Source of the DNA: Ramazzottius varieornatus
Lineage: Eukaryota > Animalia > Tardigrada
Assembly (NCBI GenBank): GCA_001949185.1
Contig: BDGG01000002.1
Span: 5,508,448-5,572,447 of the forward strand
DNA length: 64,000 nucleotides
Direction: 5' to 3'
Shown here: positions 24,828 through 36,621 of the stretch, piece by piece
Position numbering within the stretch: position 1 is the stretch's first letter
How the letters are laid out: each line of letters begins with the position of its first letter
Notes under the pieces: generated by a model
What the model saw: only the letters and a program-made list of their open reading frames with translations
Told to the model about the DNA's origin: nothing
Databases searched by the model: none
Program-made: the position numbers and the translations under genes

Positions 24828-25854
24828 GCCCTCTTTGAATTACAAATTATCTTCCCCTGACTTTTGTCAGCATGAATGTAAACTTGAAACTTTAGTATGA
24901 AGGTTGATCGTACCAGCAGTCTATTCTGATATATAATGGTTTGGACCAGTACGGAACACCGATAAAGAACCTGCACAAAATACTCATGTTGGTACTATAG
25001 ACGACAGGTTTGTATGTTTCTGCATATAGAAAACAGAATAATAGCAACCGGCTCGTTCCGATATACTTTTCTGTATAAAGACTTCTTTTTCCGTATTGAG
25101 CAACAAGATCTTACTCGTCTTGGAGCTCGTCCCAGTCGCTGGATCTGGTGGTCTAAATAACTACGAAGCTACAAGGAAAGGTTCTTGACTGCGAAGAACG
25201 AGCGTGTCCTTTTCTGCGACCTTATCTGCGAAACACTTGAAGAAGGCGTGGTTACTACGAGCTCCGTATTGATCGGTGTCCATCTCCTGGGTTTGAAACA
25301 GCGTTTCCGGACACGAAGTACGTACTCGTGAAATTTCCACAGTTGTTGTTCGGTGCACACAACCAGCTTCCGCACTTTCGGAATCTCCGGTAACTGTTTT
25401 GATTAGATGGGAGAAAGCTTCTGGTTGGCTCCGAGACCTGGATGGAAAGTAACATAAACACACTATTTGAAATGAATTTTACCGTCACGTTATACTATAG
25501 GAAACTACTACGAATGATGTAACTTCCTGTCGTTTATGGTCGATGGACGTTTGAAATATGGAACATTGAAGAAAAATCAATGTACAAGTTTCTGTTCGTT
25601 CACGGAAAGAAATTTCGGCTAAGAGAGATTTCAACGAAGTAGCTGACCGCGATTCTAGTCGGTCTTTTTTATGCTCCAGATCACAACCATACATAACGTC
25701 TAGAGTCTAGACACAGGAATTCACGAAGAGAGGTTGACCTGACATGGGGTGTCTGTGTGGTACAATAAATTTTGATAAATGGCTAATCTGTTATCTTAAT
25801 GGGTTCAGTATTGGTCGTGGGAATATTTCATATCGCTAAAATGTTGCGAATCTA

Positions 25855-25902
25855 GGGAACGCTGGGAACGCTGGGAACGCTGGGAACGCTGGGAACGCTG
25901 GG
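25855..25902 (+). repeat. 9-bp tandem repeat (GGGAACGCT)x5 + GGG
   Basis: Seen directly; six evenly spaced GGG tracts. Confidence 0.95.
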
Positions 25903-25956
25903 CATCTGATTTACTGATATCTACTGCACACCCAAACTTGGCGTTAAAGAGCAAAC

Positions 25957-26275
25957 AACGACTTCGGCGTACTTCTTAGTAGTTTCACACAGCCTCGTCA
26001 GTTCTTCGAGAGTTCACGTACTGCTGTTCAGTTCTAATTCTTTCGCCTTGAAACCCACAAGTTTATTCAACATTAGCTTCATCATCAGGTTTCATGGGCA
26101 ATGACTGCGCATAGAAGACAAGGCCTCCCGGGAGGAAGGCAAGTGATCTGTGGAGCAAAAGAATGATTCTCCCGGGTATTTTCCAGCGTGCACTCGCACC
26201 GGAGCTTCTCTTCCCAAGTTTCCCTTACTTAAATCAATTTAGTCTCCGTGTACCGTGTACCTTACGGAGTAAACT
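25957..26275 (-). pseudogene. Decayed fragment of an FKBP6/shutdown paralog (last exon)
   Basis: 26088-25957 translates as LMMKLMLNKLVGFKAKELELNSST*TLEELTRLCETTKKYAEVV. It aligns without gaps to LMVEQMLHTLTVSDATEVQLNTSTLTLQDLKKLYENIKKYPEVE of the gene at 39.4 kb (21 identities by hand count). Upstream SLLRKVHG...GKLGKRSSG matches ALLKKIQG...QELYKRMIG at near-collinear spacing, with stops and a frameshift. Confidence 0.7.
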
Positions 26276-26917
26276 CTTTACTAAAGCGTATACATATCCA
26301 AGCCGGGATACCGTAGGCTCATTACAGGTGGCGCCAGTCGCGATATACGTCGGTGCGAAGTTCCATCCGCGCTCGTATTGTAATTGGTTAACACTCTGCG
26401 TACGACCGTCCTCTTTGTGTATACAATCACTCAGTTTTATTCACCTCCCAGTTTTAGCTTTTGGTCTTTCGGGTCTGGGTCTTTTTGTTTGCATGTACCT
26501 CGGTCTTCTCACCAAAGCAACACTAATGACCAGCGGTCAGCAAAACCCCAGCACGCAGCAGTCCTTGATTTACGGTCTCGGGTGGTTTTGGTGAAATTTG
26601 GTGTTTCGTCTCTTCGCGCGAGACACGTGCACGGTATTCGCTTAGAAAAAAACTGGAGCACTGGGGACAGTCTTATCTATCGAAGCCGAGCCTGGGATAA
26701 ATTTTGTATTCATCAGTGCGGACAGAAGAAAATTAAGACAACCAGTTCTCCCTTTTGAGCTTTGGCGTTCATGGCCTGCCAATTATCCGAATTTTGAAAT
26801 TTCGAAAACTGCCTATTGGTTGACCAGCCTCCGCAATACGGTACCAGCCAATAAAATTCCTGTATACACAAAGAGGACGGTAGTATTCTGCAAACATGAA
26901 AACGATCGTGCTGAAAG

Positions 26918-27137
26918 TGTTACTGTACTCCCGCGATACACACGCCATACTCGTACGTACGTCAGGAATGTGCACCTCCCGGGGGCAGAAAATTTGAACT
27001 TTATTGAATCAATAATCAGTCGAAAAGCTGTACTCTAAAGAGGAATCTTCCGCCACTTCGTCACTTTTTTACTTGCAGTACTACTTCTCCTAATACAGAG
27101 GGAAGTATGGCGTGTGTATCGCGGGAGTACAGTAACA
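26918..27137. mobile_element. MITE (220 bp) with perfect 34-bp terminal inverted repeats
   Basis: TGTTACTGTACTCCCGCGATACACACGCCATACT (26918-26951) has an exact reverse complement at 27104-27137. TA near both ends is compatible with a Tc1/mariner-type TSD. Confidence 0.8.
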
Positions 27138-28476
27138 GCTGGGTGAACACATTGCAGTACGACAGCAGTGAGAGCTGATCCTGTAACTGTTTCTTTCCTT
27201 GTCCCTTTCTCTGAAGGTTCGCGGCATGGATAAGGAAAAGGTGGGTTGATAATTGTTTGAAAGATATCCCGTTGATCTTTGTCGTTTTCGTGTCCAGCGG
27301 CTGTATCGATCCTTACACCGATCGAAGGATTTTGTATGAGGATGAGTATAGCTGCTGATGACAGACGGAAGACGAGTCAAGCTGTTGCGAAGAGAATGTC
27401 AAGATTGGCAGGTACAAAGCAGTTGAAAAGCCTCTGAAGCTTTGAGGAGAATGCGCTGAATGAGGAGCTTTCTTTGGCTGTAATGAAGCGGACACTTCAC
27501 ATCATGTTTTCAACCTTTCATCCTTCCTCAATAGCATTACTTCCTCATCACCTCATCTCATGTCTGTCCATATTTTTGCGAAATGTGCACCAACTGTAAC
27601 CGACAACATGGATCATACATTTTGTACACTACTCTTCTCGCCCTTCAAAATCATTTTCGAGCGATCTCAGGTTTTAAGCATGTCCGAAATTATGGCAATA
27701 TTCACGCGGCCGTGGATAGAACGCTGCGCAGCTGATACTCTGTTGCCTTTTCTTCGGTTTTTTTGCTGAAGGAACGGAACTCCTGGTTTTCGATCCATCG
27801 GCTCTACAGATACAAGTATAGCAGTATGACACGTCGGCGAATCCGCACGGAAATCAAAAGTTGCATGCGGAGAAGTGGAGGATTATATTTAGAGGCAAAT
27901 ATCCCACCTGTGGTGTGGGCAATGCGGTATTAGCTGACGGCTTTTGATGGTCAGATTACGTTGAGCTGGACTGATGGTGAGCTATGTAATGTCGGGAGGA
28001 TCTGCACAATCACGCGACATATTATTCCTATCTGCCGCATAGTCCGGCACTGAATGACAGCATTGTCAGCCATCAAGACAGTCATAAACGGTCGCGTCAT
28101 GTCAAGGCCAGAAGGTACAAGCTTAGAAGTTAGAACAGACTTTCTACACGGCTTTGATATCCGGTTATCGATAGTGCCCTTTCAGGGGCTACTTCTTTGC
28201 GCAAAGGATCCAAATATATTCAGGGACCCCAAAAATTATATCGTTCGATATCTCAATCAAAGCAGATACCATAAGAGGACCAAGAATGTCTACAAGATGA
28301 TGGCATACAGGTGAATGTTATTATATTACAGTAGGTGACGAACAAGAATGTACCGTCAACGAATGTTGTGTGCATCGGAGTGCAAGCTTGACCGGTGAAT
28401 GAATAAGATGGCGAATAATATTACCGTACAGTAGTGAGAAAGACTGGGAACAAATAAGGATAAAAACAGGGAACGC

Positions 28477-31400
28477 CTAGTGCATCATCCTGGGCCAGTA
28501 TGGATTTGCGGCCGACATGTCCGCGGGGGCAGCACTGGTCGAGCCACCCTGTCCGCCCAACGAAACTCCGAAACCCGAGGATAGACCTGGAGAGACAAAG
28601 TACCACGTTCGAAAACACTGTTCTGGAAGTGAAGAATGGTGTATGAGATAGACTCACCTTTAGGAAGCGTGGAGGAGTGGTTAACGTGGCTATGGTACGA
28701 GGTAAGCGGACTGGTGTGTGAAGGTGGTTGAAACGAGGAGTATGAAGGAACCGAGGTTGGGTTGGGATTGAAGCGATACTGGGACAAAGTATCGCACTTC
28801 CCATAAGAGAAGGGATCATAGGATACTCGTGGCAACGAGGACATGTTGACGTTAAAAGCGTTGTTGTAGGCCGAGGTCATGTTGGCCTCACTGCAGTAGC
28901 CGGCACCGCTGTTCATTCCAAAAGTGTTATACACGCTGCAAATGGCCAATTATAGTTAACCGTGATTAGATTAGCGTAATTGCATGACAGGAAATTAAGA
29001 GTAATTGATAGAGTGATCTGAATGGAAAGCTCACTTGTTAGAAGGCGGTAAAGTGGTGGTCGAATGAGGCTGTTGCATAACGCCAACGTTATAGTTGCCG
29101 TTGTTGATCGGGATGTTGGTCGACATGCGTTGAGCAATGGGCTCGTTCTTCTGACCGGAAGACGAACTGTTTACGTCGTCACCGGTTCGTCGCTGGTTAC
29201 GTAGCTTATCTTCACGACGGAACTTTGCTCGACGATTCGAGAACCAGACCTACAAGGAAAATATCAATCTGACTAATCACTGAATACAGGCGTAAATTCA
29301 GAGCTCGGCAAATAATCTCGACCCGATCGTTTTCTCAACTGGCGCACGTTTTTCGTGATATTGGCTGGGATTTGAGCCACTTGGGCAAAGGAATGGATTA
29401 GATCGTGTACCAAGTAGCGCACACCCCACGCAATGTGACGGGAAACGTGCGCCACTTGGGAAAACGATCTGGTCGATTTTGTTTGCCCAACTCCCACGTA
29501 CTGTGAGTCTCAGTATGTACCTGAATTTTCTGTTCGCTAAGTTTGATCTTCTCGGCCAGTTGTTCTCTAGCGTAGACGTCGGGGTAGTGTGTCTGGTTGA
29601 AGACTGCAGATAAATATGCAAGACACAAATGAATGCCGGGTGATCGTCGACAGCTGAACGCGGATATGATTAGCATACTTTTTGTGAGGTACAGTACATG
29701 CCGTACCATACTTACTTTTTTCCAGGGCTTCGATTTGTTCATTTGTGAAAGAAGTGCGATTTCTTTGCAGTTTCCTTTTGAGCTTTTGTCGGAGCTTGGC
29801 TTCGTCTGACAAATCCCCGGCTACCGTGGCTTCGCTCTCGCTGTCCGACTCACCTTCTTCCCCTTTATGGCCCGTAGTTCCCTTCTCGCCGTTCTTCTGT
29901 TCTACAAGGGAATGGGATATGCAGATTGATCTATCAGTCAGATCGGGTCAACAAATGACTTAATTATCGACAACAATGCAGCCAGTGAGCCTTGGACTGC
30001 GGTAGTTCATTCTCCGCCATTATGATTGTTAAAGCCATCATTCAATTGCAGGTCACCGATACCAGAGAGCAGTAGTGTGCTGATCCCGAGTTCTGCCGAT
30101 ATTCGATTCCGTGTATCCGTCTGTCCTTTGTTATAGGAATTTATCGCACTGTTTGCTCGCCTTTTCTAGCTACTCAGTGTTTATTTACAAATCAGATACT
30201 AATTTGTGTACATATTGTCAGTGACGGCACTCTATGATAAAGACCGAAATGTTTTCCTCATTTGGCAGGGCGGTAAACAATTTCGGTAAGGTTGTTCTCC
30301 TAAGTGGCGCACGAGTCCATTTTTGCTAACTGGAAGCGTGCGCAACTTGAGACCATTCCGAAATTGTTCGCCGTATTTCCCGTTTGATTTATTTACAATA
30401 TCATTCGGCTTCGAGTCCACTGGCTGGATATTTTCGAGTGTTCCCTTAGCATGATGCGTATGATTCTGTTCGCAGCTCATCTTTAGACGCAGTAGACGCG
30501 TCCGAGAGAATGTGCGCTTGTTGATCGAGGTAGTGGTCAAAAGGGCGAGAAAGTGACCTCCTGCTGCGATGCGGTTCGTTTACTATTGAAAAAGGGGGCG
30601 TCAAGCACCATCAAACAATGAATCGTCAAACCAGACCGTACTGATTAATCATCGTATTCTGTGGTCGTTGTCAGTTAGCTCCATTGACGGACGATGGGAA
30701 GCTCGCTGAAAGATCCACCCCTCTTTCAGCATCAGAATCAATCAAGAAAATATGGATTATTCCCAACTGTCCAACGCTTTCCGCCCACAGAAATATCTGC
30801 CAACCATATATTCTTCACGAAAAGAAGCGAACAAGAAGATTTATCTACCTACGAAAGGCTCCTGTCCATGGCTGAAACGGTGTTATCTTTCCCACAAACG
30901 TTCAAAAGAAAAGAATGCTCCGTCGGCATTGTACATATTGGATGCGCGACGTTTAAGGTTCTGCTATAAAGTTAAACTGGGTTTAAACCTATTGGGACTA
31001 ACCTTTCTTGATGAGAATGTCCTGCCCGTGGAGATTAGGCGGCATGGAGGAGGTGGGTAAGCGATCGACAGCACCAGCGGCAGGATGATTGTTGGCATTA
31101 TAAGCCGGCCAGGAGGATAAATGAGCCCAGTTTGGATCAACGGCAGATCCGCCCAACAAGCGCATTTTATCGCTGTATAGCAGATCACGGCTCAACGCAG
31201 ACATGGACTGCTGGGCTGCCGAGGACTCCTTCTGCGCCACCAGATTGCGCAGTACCCGGTTGATTGATGAGACCTGCAGATTCAGTCAAACACACGTTCA
31301 GAAGTTTGGAAGAAAACAGGCAACTCGGTCTATCTTTTTGCTGTCAAAATAAACAAAAAAGCATCCTTGATAACCGAGCTGATTTTCCCAATGCCCAGTT

Positions 31401-32831
31401 CGATTTGAACGGCAGAAAATTAAAGCGTTTTGCCTGTCAAGCGTCGGCAAATAATCTCCGGCCAATCGTTGTGTCAAGTGGCGCACTTGGTCTGCCAATG
31501 ATCAGGAAAACCGCGCCACTTGAGGCACCGATATTTGGAATCTATTTGCACGCTTCCCGTTCAGTCAAAACTTTTTTCTCCAGGAGTTCTTCGTGCCCTA
31601 CCTGAATTATTCTATTTAGTTTCGTGTGACTGTTTTTGGGACCAGTCCAAAAAAATTTGGGTCCCGCCAAAGATTTTATAACAGAGTATATCGTCTGACG
31701 GGCCATCTTTTTCATCGAAGTAAACTTACACTGGGTATGTTCTCTGGAGTGCAAACTTGTTCCTGGATGAGTTTGTCCCGAATTTCCCACGCGAAGATGG
31801 CTGGTTGTTCGTTCTTATACTGTTGGACCTTGAGGACGACAGTGTCGGTAGCCACTCGCGGCTTGCTTCCTCCGATGGCCCGTGGGCGGATGCTGCCTGT
31901 CTCGTAGTAGCGACCCAGGATCTTGGAGACACATCCGTTGCTGACCTGCAGATGCCGGCTGATGTCGCAGGGACGTGCGCCGTTCAAGGCCAGCTCTACA
32001 ATTTTCCCGCGGGTGTGGTCACTCAGCGGCCGACCATTGACAAAATGCCCACCCAACTGGTTGACTCCCGAATGCCCTAATAACAAGCCCTCATTAAAGC
32101 CATACGTAAAAAACGACTCAAAAGGCAAAAACCTCTCCATTGTCGAGAATGAAACCCAGCCATTATAGAGCACGGTTTTGCTTCCGCTTTGGTCGGTAAC
32201 AAAAGAAAAAGAAAAATGTAATCATTTCTATGTGTTGGCCAGAGGCGGTTTAGTGTTCAGTATGTTCTTCTCGTCAATTATGGCGAGGTTGATAAGGTTT
32301 GAACGTCGACAAGGTTACGTCTGTCTATTGATCAATGTGTCAATCATAGCTTCAACTGGGACATGAGCTGATAATTAGTGTGCGCGTAAACTGACGGCCA
32401 TAATAATAATTATCCACTGTGCAGAATGGGTGAAACAATCGATCATGGTTAACGCCAGAAAAAGGTGTCTACTTTCCAAGAGGCGCACGCAGTTAGCCAT
32501 AGGTATCCTTCACTTTGAGTGCTGCTGTTTGTAATAATCAGATGATGACAAGGAAGAATGTTTGCCGTATAATTGATTCGCACTTGGGGGTCGACATTTT
32601 TGTGCTCTCTCTCCATTATGCTTGGATATGCCGAGAGAATAATCTTGAAAACTGTCAGCAGCCACTTGCTTTTGTATGGCTAAAGCAAATGAGTGGTTGC
32701 TTGAAATGTGTTGTATTGATAGCTCTTCAGCGCCACGTACAATCGGTAGACTGCAGGCTCATGACAGGTCTTCGCGCGGCCGCTGTTCGCCCCTGTGTTG
32801 GCGCAACGTGAGACTCACCTTTATGCGGCAT
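28477..32831 (-). CDS. Pax6: Paired box protein Pax6 (paired domain, homeodomain, PST tail), divergent, 8 coding exons
   Basis: Micro-exon MPHK(G) at 32831-32819 splices to HSGVNQLGG...[17 protein letters not shown]...IFAWEIRD...IPS|[11 protein letters not shown]. Linker YSDKMRLLG. Homeodomain [46 protein letters not shown]|[21 protein letters not shown] (Ser50). C-terminal YWPR. Confidence 0.95.
29307..29487. repeat. Palindromic interspersed element, double-core copy, in the Pax6 homeodomain intron
   Basis: Two CAAGTGGCGCAC..GTGCGCCACTTG-type cores enclosed by outer arms GGCAAATAATCTCGACCCGATCGTTTTC / GAAAACGATCTGGTCGATTTTGTTTGCC. Confidence 0.8.
30271..30373. repeat. Palindromic interspersed element (Pax6 intron)
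   Basis: AAGTGGCGCACG...CGTGCGCAACTT core; outer arms CGGTAAACAATTTCGG / CCGAAATTGTTCGCCG. Confidence 0.75.
31446..31549. repeat. Palindromic interspersed element (Pax6 paired-domain intron)
   Basis: GGCAAATAATCTC...TCAAGTGGCGC...GCGCCACTTGA...TATTTGC. Confidence 0.78.
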
Positions 32832-35800
32832 TTCTTGGCCTTGGCACTCCGCAATTTTGAAAATGATTCCGCTTTGGAGGCGGGAGGCCCTGCAATGTAA
32901 AAGATAGAAGATCACGTAACTTACGCCAAAAATCTTTGTTCATACTAATGATAAACCTTCTCAAAATATGAAGCTTTGTCTTTAATGCACCCCGTACTGA
33001 AAACACCATTACGCAGTGGTGAATTACTGAACGAGAAGCAGTTCTTGTATCTTGGGCAAAATATCAAGATACGCTTGTCGTATAAAGTACGAAAGTTTAT
33101 AGATGATGGGCAGGTATCACAGTGCCGTTTTCTCCAAGAAATGGGCCAGCTGTACAGTACGGTATATGGGTGGAATTTCTTCGATTGCTTAAGAAAATAG
33201 ATTCCTATTCTCTATTGTCGGGATGTACCATGCAGTGAATAACTGACGAGTGAAAATGGTAGTGCATACTATGTTTGTAGAGGGTGGAAGACCTCTGGTG
33301 CCGCGCAATGTATGTACTGCAGAACAAGCGCCGAGGTCTTCGCGGTCTACCTGCGCGATGGTAGGGCTCGCTGCATGGTCGGACCAACGAAAAGTTAATT
33401 GGGCGTCAGTAAAGGCTACCTGTTGTCAGATTAATCGCGTATCTAGCCATAGAGAAGTGGAGCTACGAGAATTTTGACAGACTAGACAAGTTGACACTTA
33501 CGCTTAATTGAAGAAACCTTGGCTGAAGTGAGCTCGAGTAGGGCGATCGTTGATGACTTGGCAATCAAGCAAACGAGGCAGCTGGAGTACTTTGACAGTT
33601 GCGCTTTTGTGGACCGATGGAGCGAACTTGACCGTTAACGCGTTGCTGATTGAGCGAGAGCACTAGTCACTGTAACAAAGTCAAGGTGCAGAAATAATAG
33701 TTGCCGACTTATTAAGCAGATAATCAGCGTAAAGGAAGGACGACGAAAAGTTTGTAGCCGTGGTGGAGCAAGTCAGATGAAAGTAAGAACCTTATCGCTT
33801 TGACTGATTCACTGAACTCGAACAATCTCTCATTCCGAGCCGAAGCCTACAACCCAAAGAGCTTGACTACTCAGCACAAACCAAGCGTACGAACTGAACG
33901 ACGCTCGCATCAAGACCATAATGCCTCGTTTCGCCCTTCATACCACATTTGAACCGATGCAACGGCAGCACCCTCCTTCGATCCTCCTTACCACTCTCCG
34001 CCCTCTTTTCCCCGCTACTTTCAGCGCCGTCGAATGTCCGCCGTCAACGGTGCCGGTGATGTGGGTAACGACGAGTGAGTCAGCATTAGGCCAGCGCCTG
34101 GTGTTTATGTGTGAAGGATCTGAGCCTTTCATACCATGACCTTTAGATGCCGACGCCCATCTGAGGTACTCTAACAAGAAACTGTAACTGTCAGTATATT
34201 AGTATCTGAGAGAATGCAGCTGCGAAGAACCGACAAAGACTACCGAAGGACTTTATAATGCGAAATTATGCGAATGTGAATTCCGCCTTAAGATATTTAG
34301 TATTTGCTAAATTGAGGAGCTTGCAAGTTAAAAAAAATATTCCAGAACAATTTAGGAGACCAAAACCGGAAAATGTGCAGTCGCTAACAGCTTTCAAACG
34401 TTTTGCGAAGACTCGTACTTTTAGAAGGGAACGCTACGCCCTTCCCTATGCACAGACCGACCGGGTTCTTTCGCGGTTTCTCAATCTGGTGCGCCGCGGT
34501 GACGCAAATGGAGCGCACTCAAGTAGACCTGATATGAACTGCTTTTACTTCATCCAGAAGAAAGTCCCATACGAAGCACTCCAACCTCGAGATCGGTGCC
34601 TTTCAGTTCCTCATACGAACAGAGAAAGTCTTTGGAGGTCGCTGTCAGACATCCCATTCCTTTCTTTCTGGTCCATCCCTGCGCCAAAAGGAAAGGATAA
34701 GGCTCGATGTTGTGCTTGTCATTTCCGTCCCTCCGTCCATCAGTCTGTCAAGAAGAAACGTTTGACGAATGGGTGCCCCATCCGTCATGTTTCCTTCCCT
34801 TTTCACCATTCTCTTTTTCCATTAATATGCGCCTGTTATTATTCTCATCGCCAGAAAGGAGACTCATACGGAGAGCGGAGGATACTCGTGGTGGGATGGA
34901 GTAGATGGAAAAAAGCAGTTCGCTTGGGTGGACATTTCAATTCGCTCGTTGCGAGCAGCGGTTCCACTCGCTGATACAATCTGTCGTCATTGCTTACTTC
35001 TGCTTCGCAGAATTCAAATAGCTCACCCTTCATATGCTTCACTGTATAACTCGAGAAAAACACCCGGCGAATAGGATGTAATCCTCCTCAAAAACTCTGA
35101 ATGTTCATGGGTAGGTAACCTGTCCCGAGAAGTATCCTCTGTGCGTCTGGATGAGCCAACTGCAGGTTGCTTCTCTGTTTGTTAGCACTCTTTTTGGTAT
35201 TCGAGAAAGTTTGTTGTTGGAGTCAAGTTTGGTCACGACTGTAGTGATGGGGCATGCAAAGCGGGAATTCATGTGGAAAGATTAAAACGGGGATATTTTG
35301 GGGGATAGCTGGATGAAATAGATGTGGGATGATGAGCGGACGAGGCGACCTCAACTGGAATTAATCCTCTTCCCTCCCTCAAAATGACTTTTGCTCCGTT
35401 GCACCCTTCCAACTCATTGCGTTATCTGCTTCTCAAACAGACAACCACCGTTGTAAAGTTCAGTCATCGTCCTACCGGGAAAGCTGCAAAACAAGTCCGA
35501 GCGTCATTTTATAATGAAGCTCGCTCCATATTCCGAAGCTCTTATGCAAACACCAATCGTGATGATGTACTCTGTTTTGCCGAAAATGAGTCCCATTTGA
35601 ATTCAGAGAAACTGACTATTTGGATTCGCTTGAATGACGGGAATATTTTTCCGGGATTTCCGGCAAGGAGCTTTGTTCGTTCGTAATTAGTGACGTTCAA
35701 AGAATTTTTCTATAGTCGAGTCGGCGAGGCGATGAAGTTCGGAAGCTCCTCCTTTGCAATTATGCCGGACAAGTCTATATGAAACTTCTCACGACCTGCG

Positions 35801-36512
35801 GTTTGATATGACGATAACGACGGCGTAAATTATAGGTGTTGTACGGACTGATCGGTAGCGCGGTAATGGAGATTGGCACGCATAGATCCGACCATTATCC
35901 ACTTTAACTTTTCAGCAACGCCGGTCGCGGAAATCGGTGGAAACGCGGCCGACGTCAAACCTTAGCTCACCTTCTCAAAGCGATCTTGTAATTGCTTCCT
36001 TCCCCCGATCCCCTTCCCTTTCCTTTCCTTTCCTTCCACCTTCGATTAGAAGAAAGAGCGCAGATATGTGGTGAGGATAATTGGTTGAAGGGATATCCCG
36101 TGGTGATCCATGAAGGGAAGCTGTTTGTAACTGTACTGTCAAGCCGCGACATCCTTTTCTTATCATTCCGCTGATTCCGCGCCGAGCAGATTGCAGCAGC
36201 CGCCTCTTCATTTTCAGCTTAGGCTAATCTCACGGCGCTAGCCTGGATCTATTGTCATCACATGTATCAGACGTCCATTCGACAAAACGGCGGATCGAAC
36301 GAGATACAGCATGTCTGCTCCATGACCAAAGGAGTAGGTTGGGTCGCTACTTTCAATGGACGGACTCTTTTGTGATTTCGTAATGAGGCGCGCACTATCC
36401 GCCATTCCGCAGCCTTTCCTCTCTTTTTCTTCACATGGTAAATCTGCTGAAAAATTACACCATGTTTTCCTTTGCTAAATGACAAGCTGTGCTGTATGTA
36501 GTAATTTGACGT

Positions 36513-36621
36513 GGGCGAATGATTTTAGTCAGACCGTTTTCCCAAGCAACGCACACTTTAGGCCAGTAACACTGAAAACGTGCGCCACCTTGGACAACGA
36601 CCTGGTTCAGTCCGTTTGCCC
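36513..36621. repeat. Palindromic interspersed element (upstream of Pax6)
   Basis: GGGCGAAT...AGACCGTTTTCCCAAGCAACGCACACTTT...ACTGAAAACGTGCGCCACC...GGTTCAGTCCGTTTGCCC; the spacer matches the 47.7 kb copy. Confidence 0.75.

Noticed and set aside
25161-25488. Three overlapping minus-strand ORFs downstream of the DSL-mucin gene
   Set aside because: No family resemblance and no consistent exon chain found.
25855-25902. Regular repeat considered as a CRISPR or telomere array
   Set aside because: No spacers, eukaryotic context, internal location and only 5 units.
34258-34974. 238-aa ORF upstream of Pax6
   Set aside because: No domain motifs and composition typical of non-coding sequence; not called without expression data.
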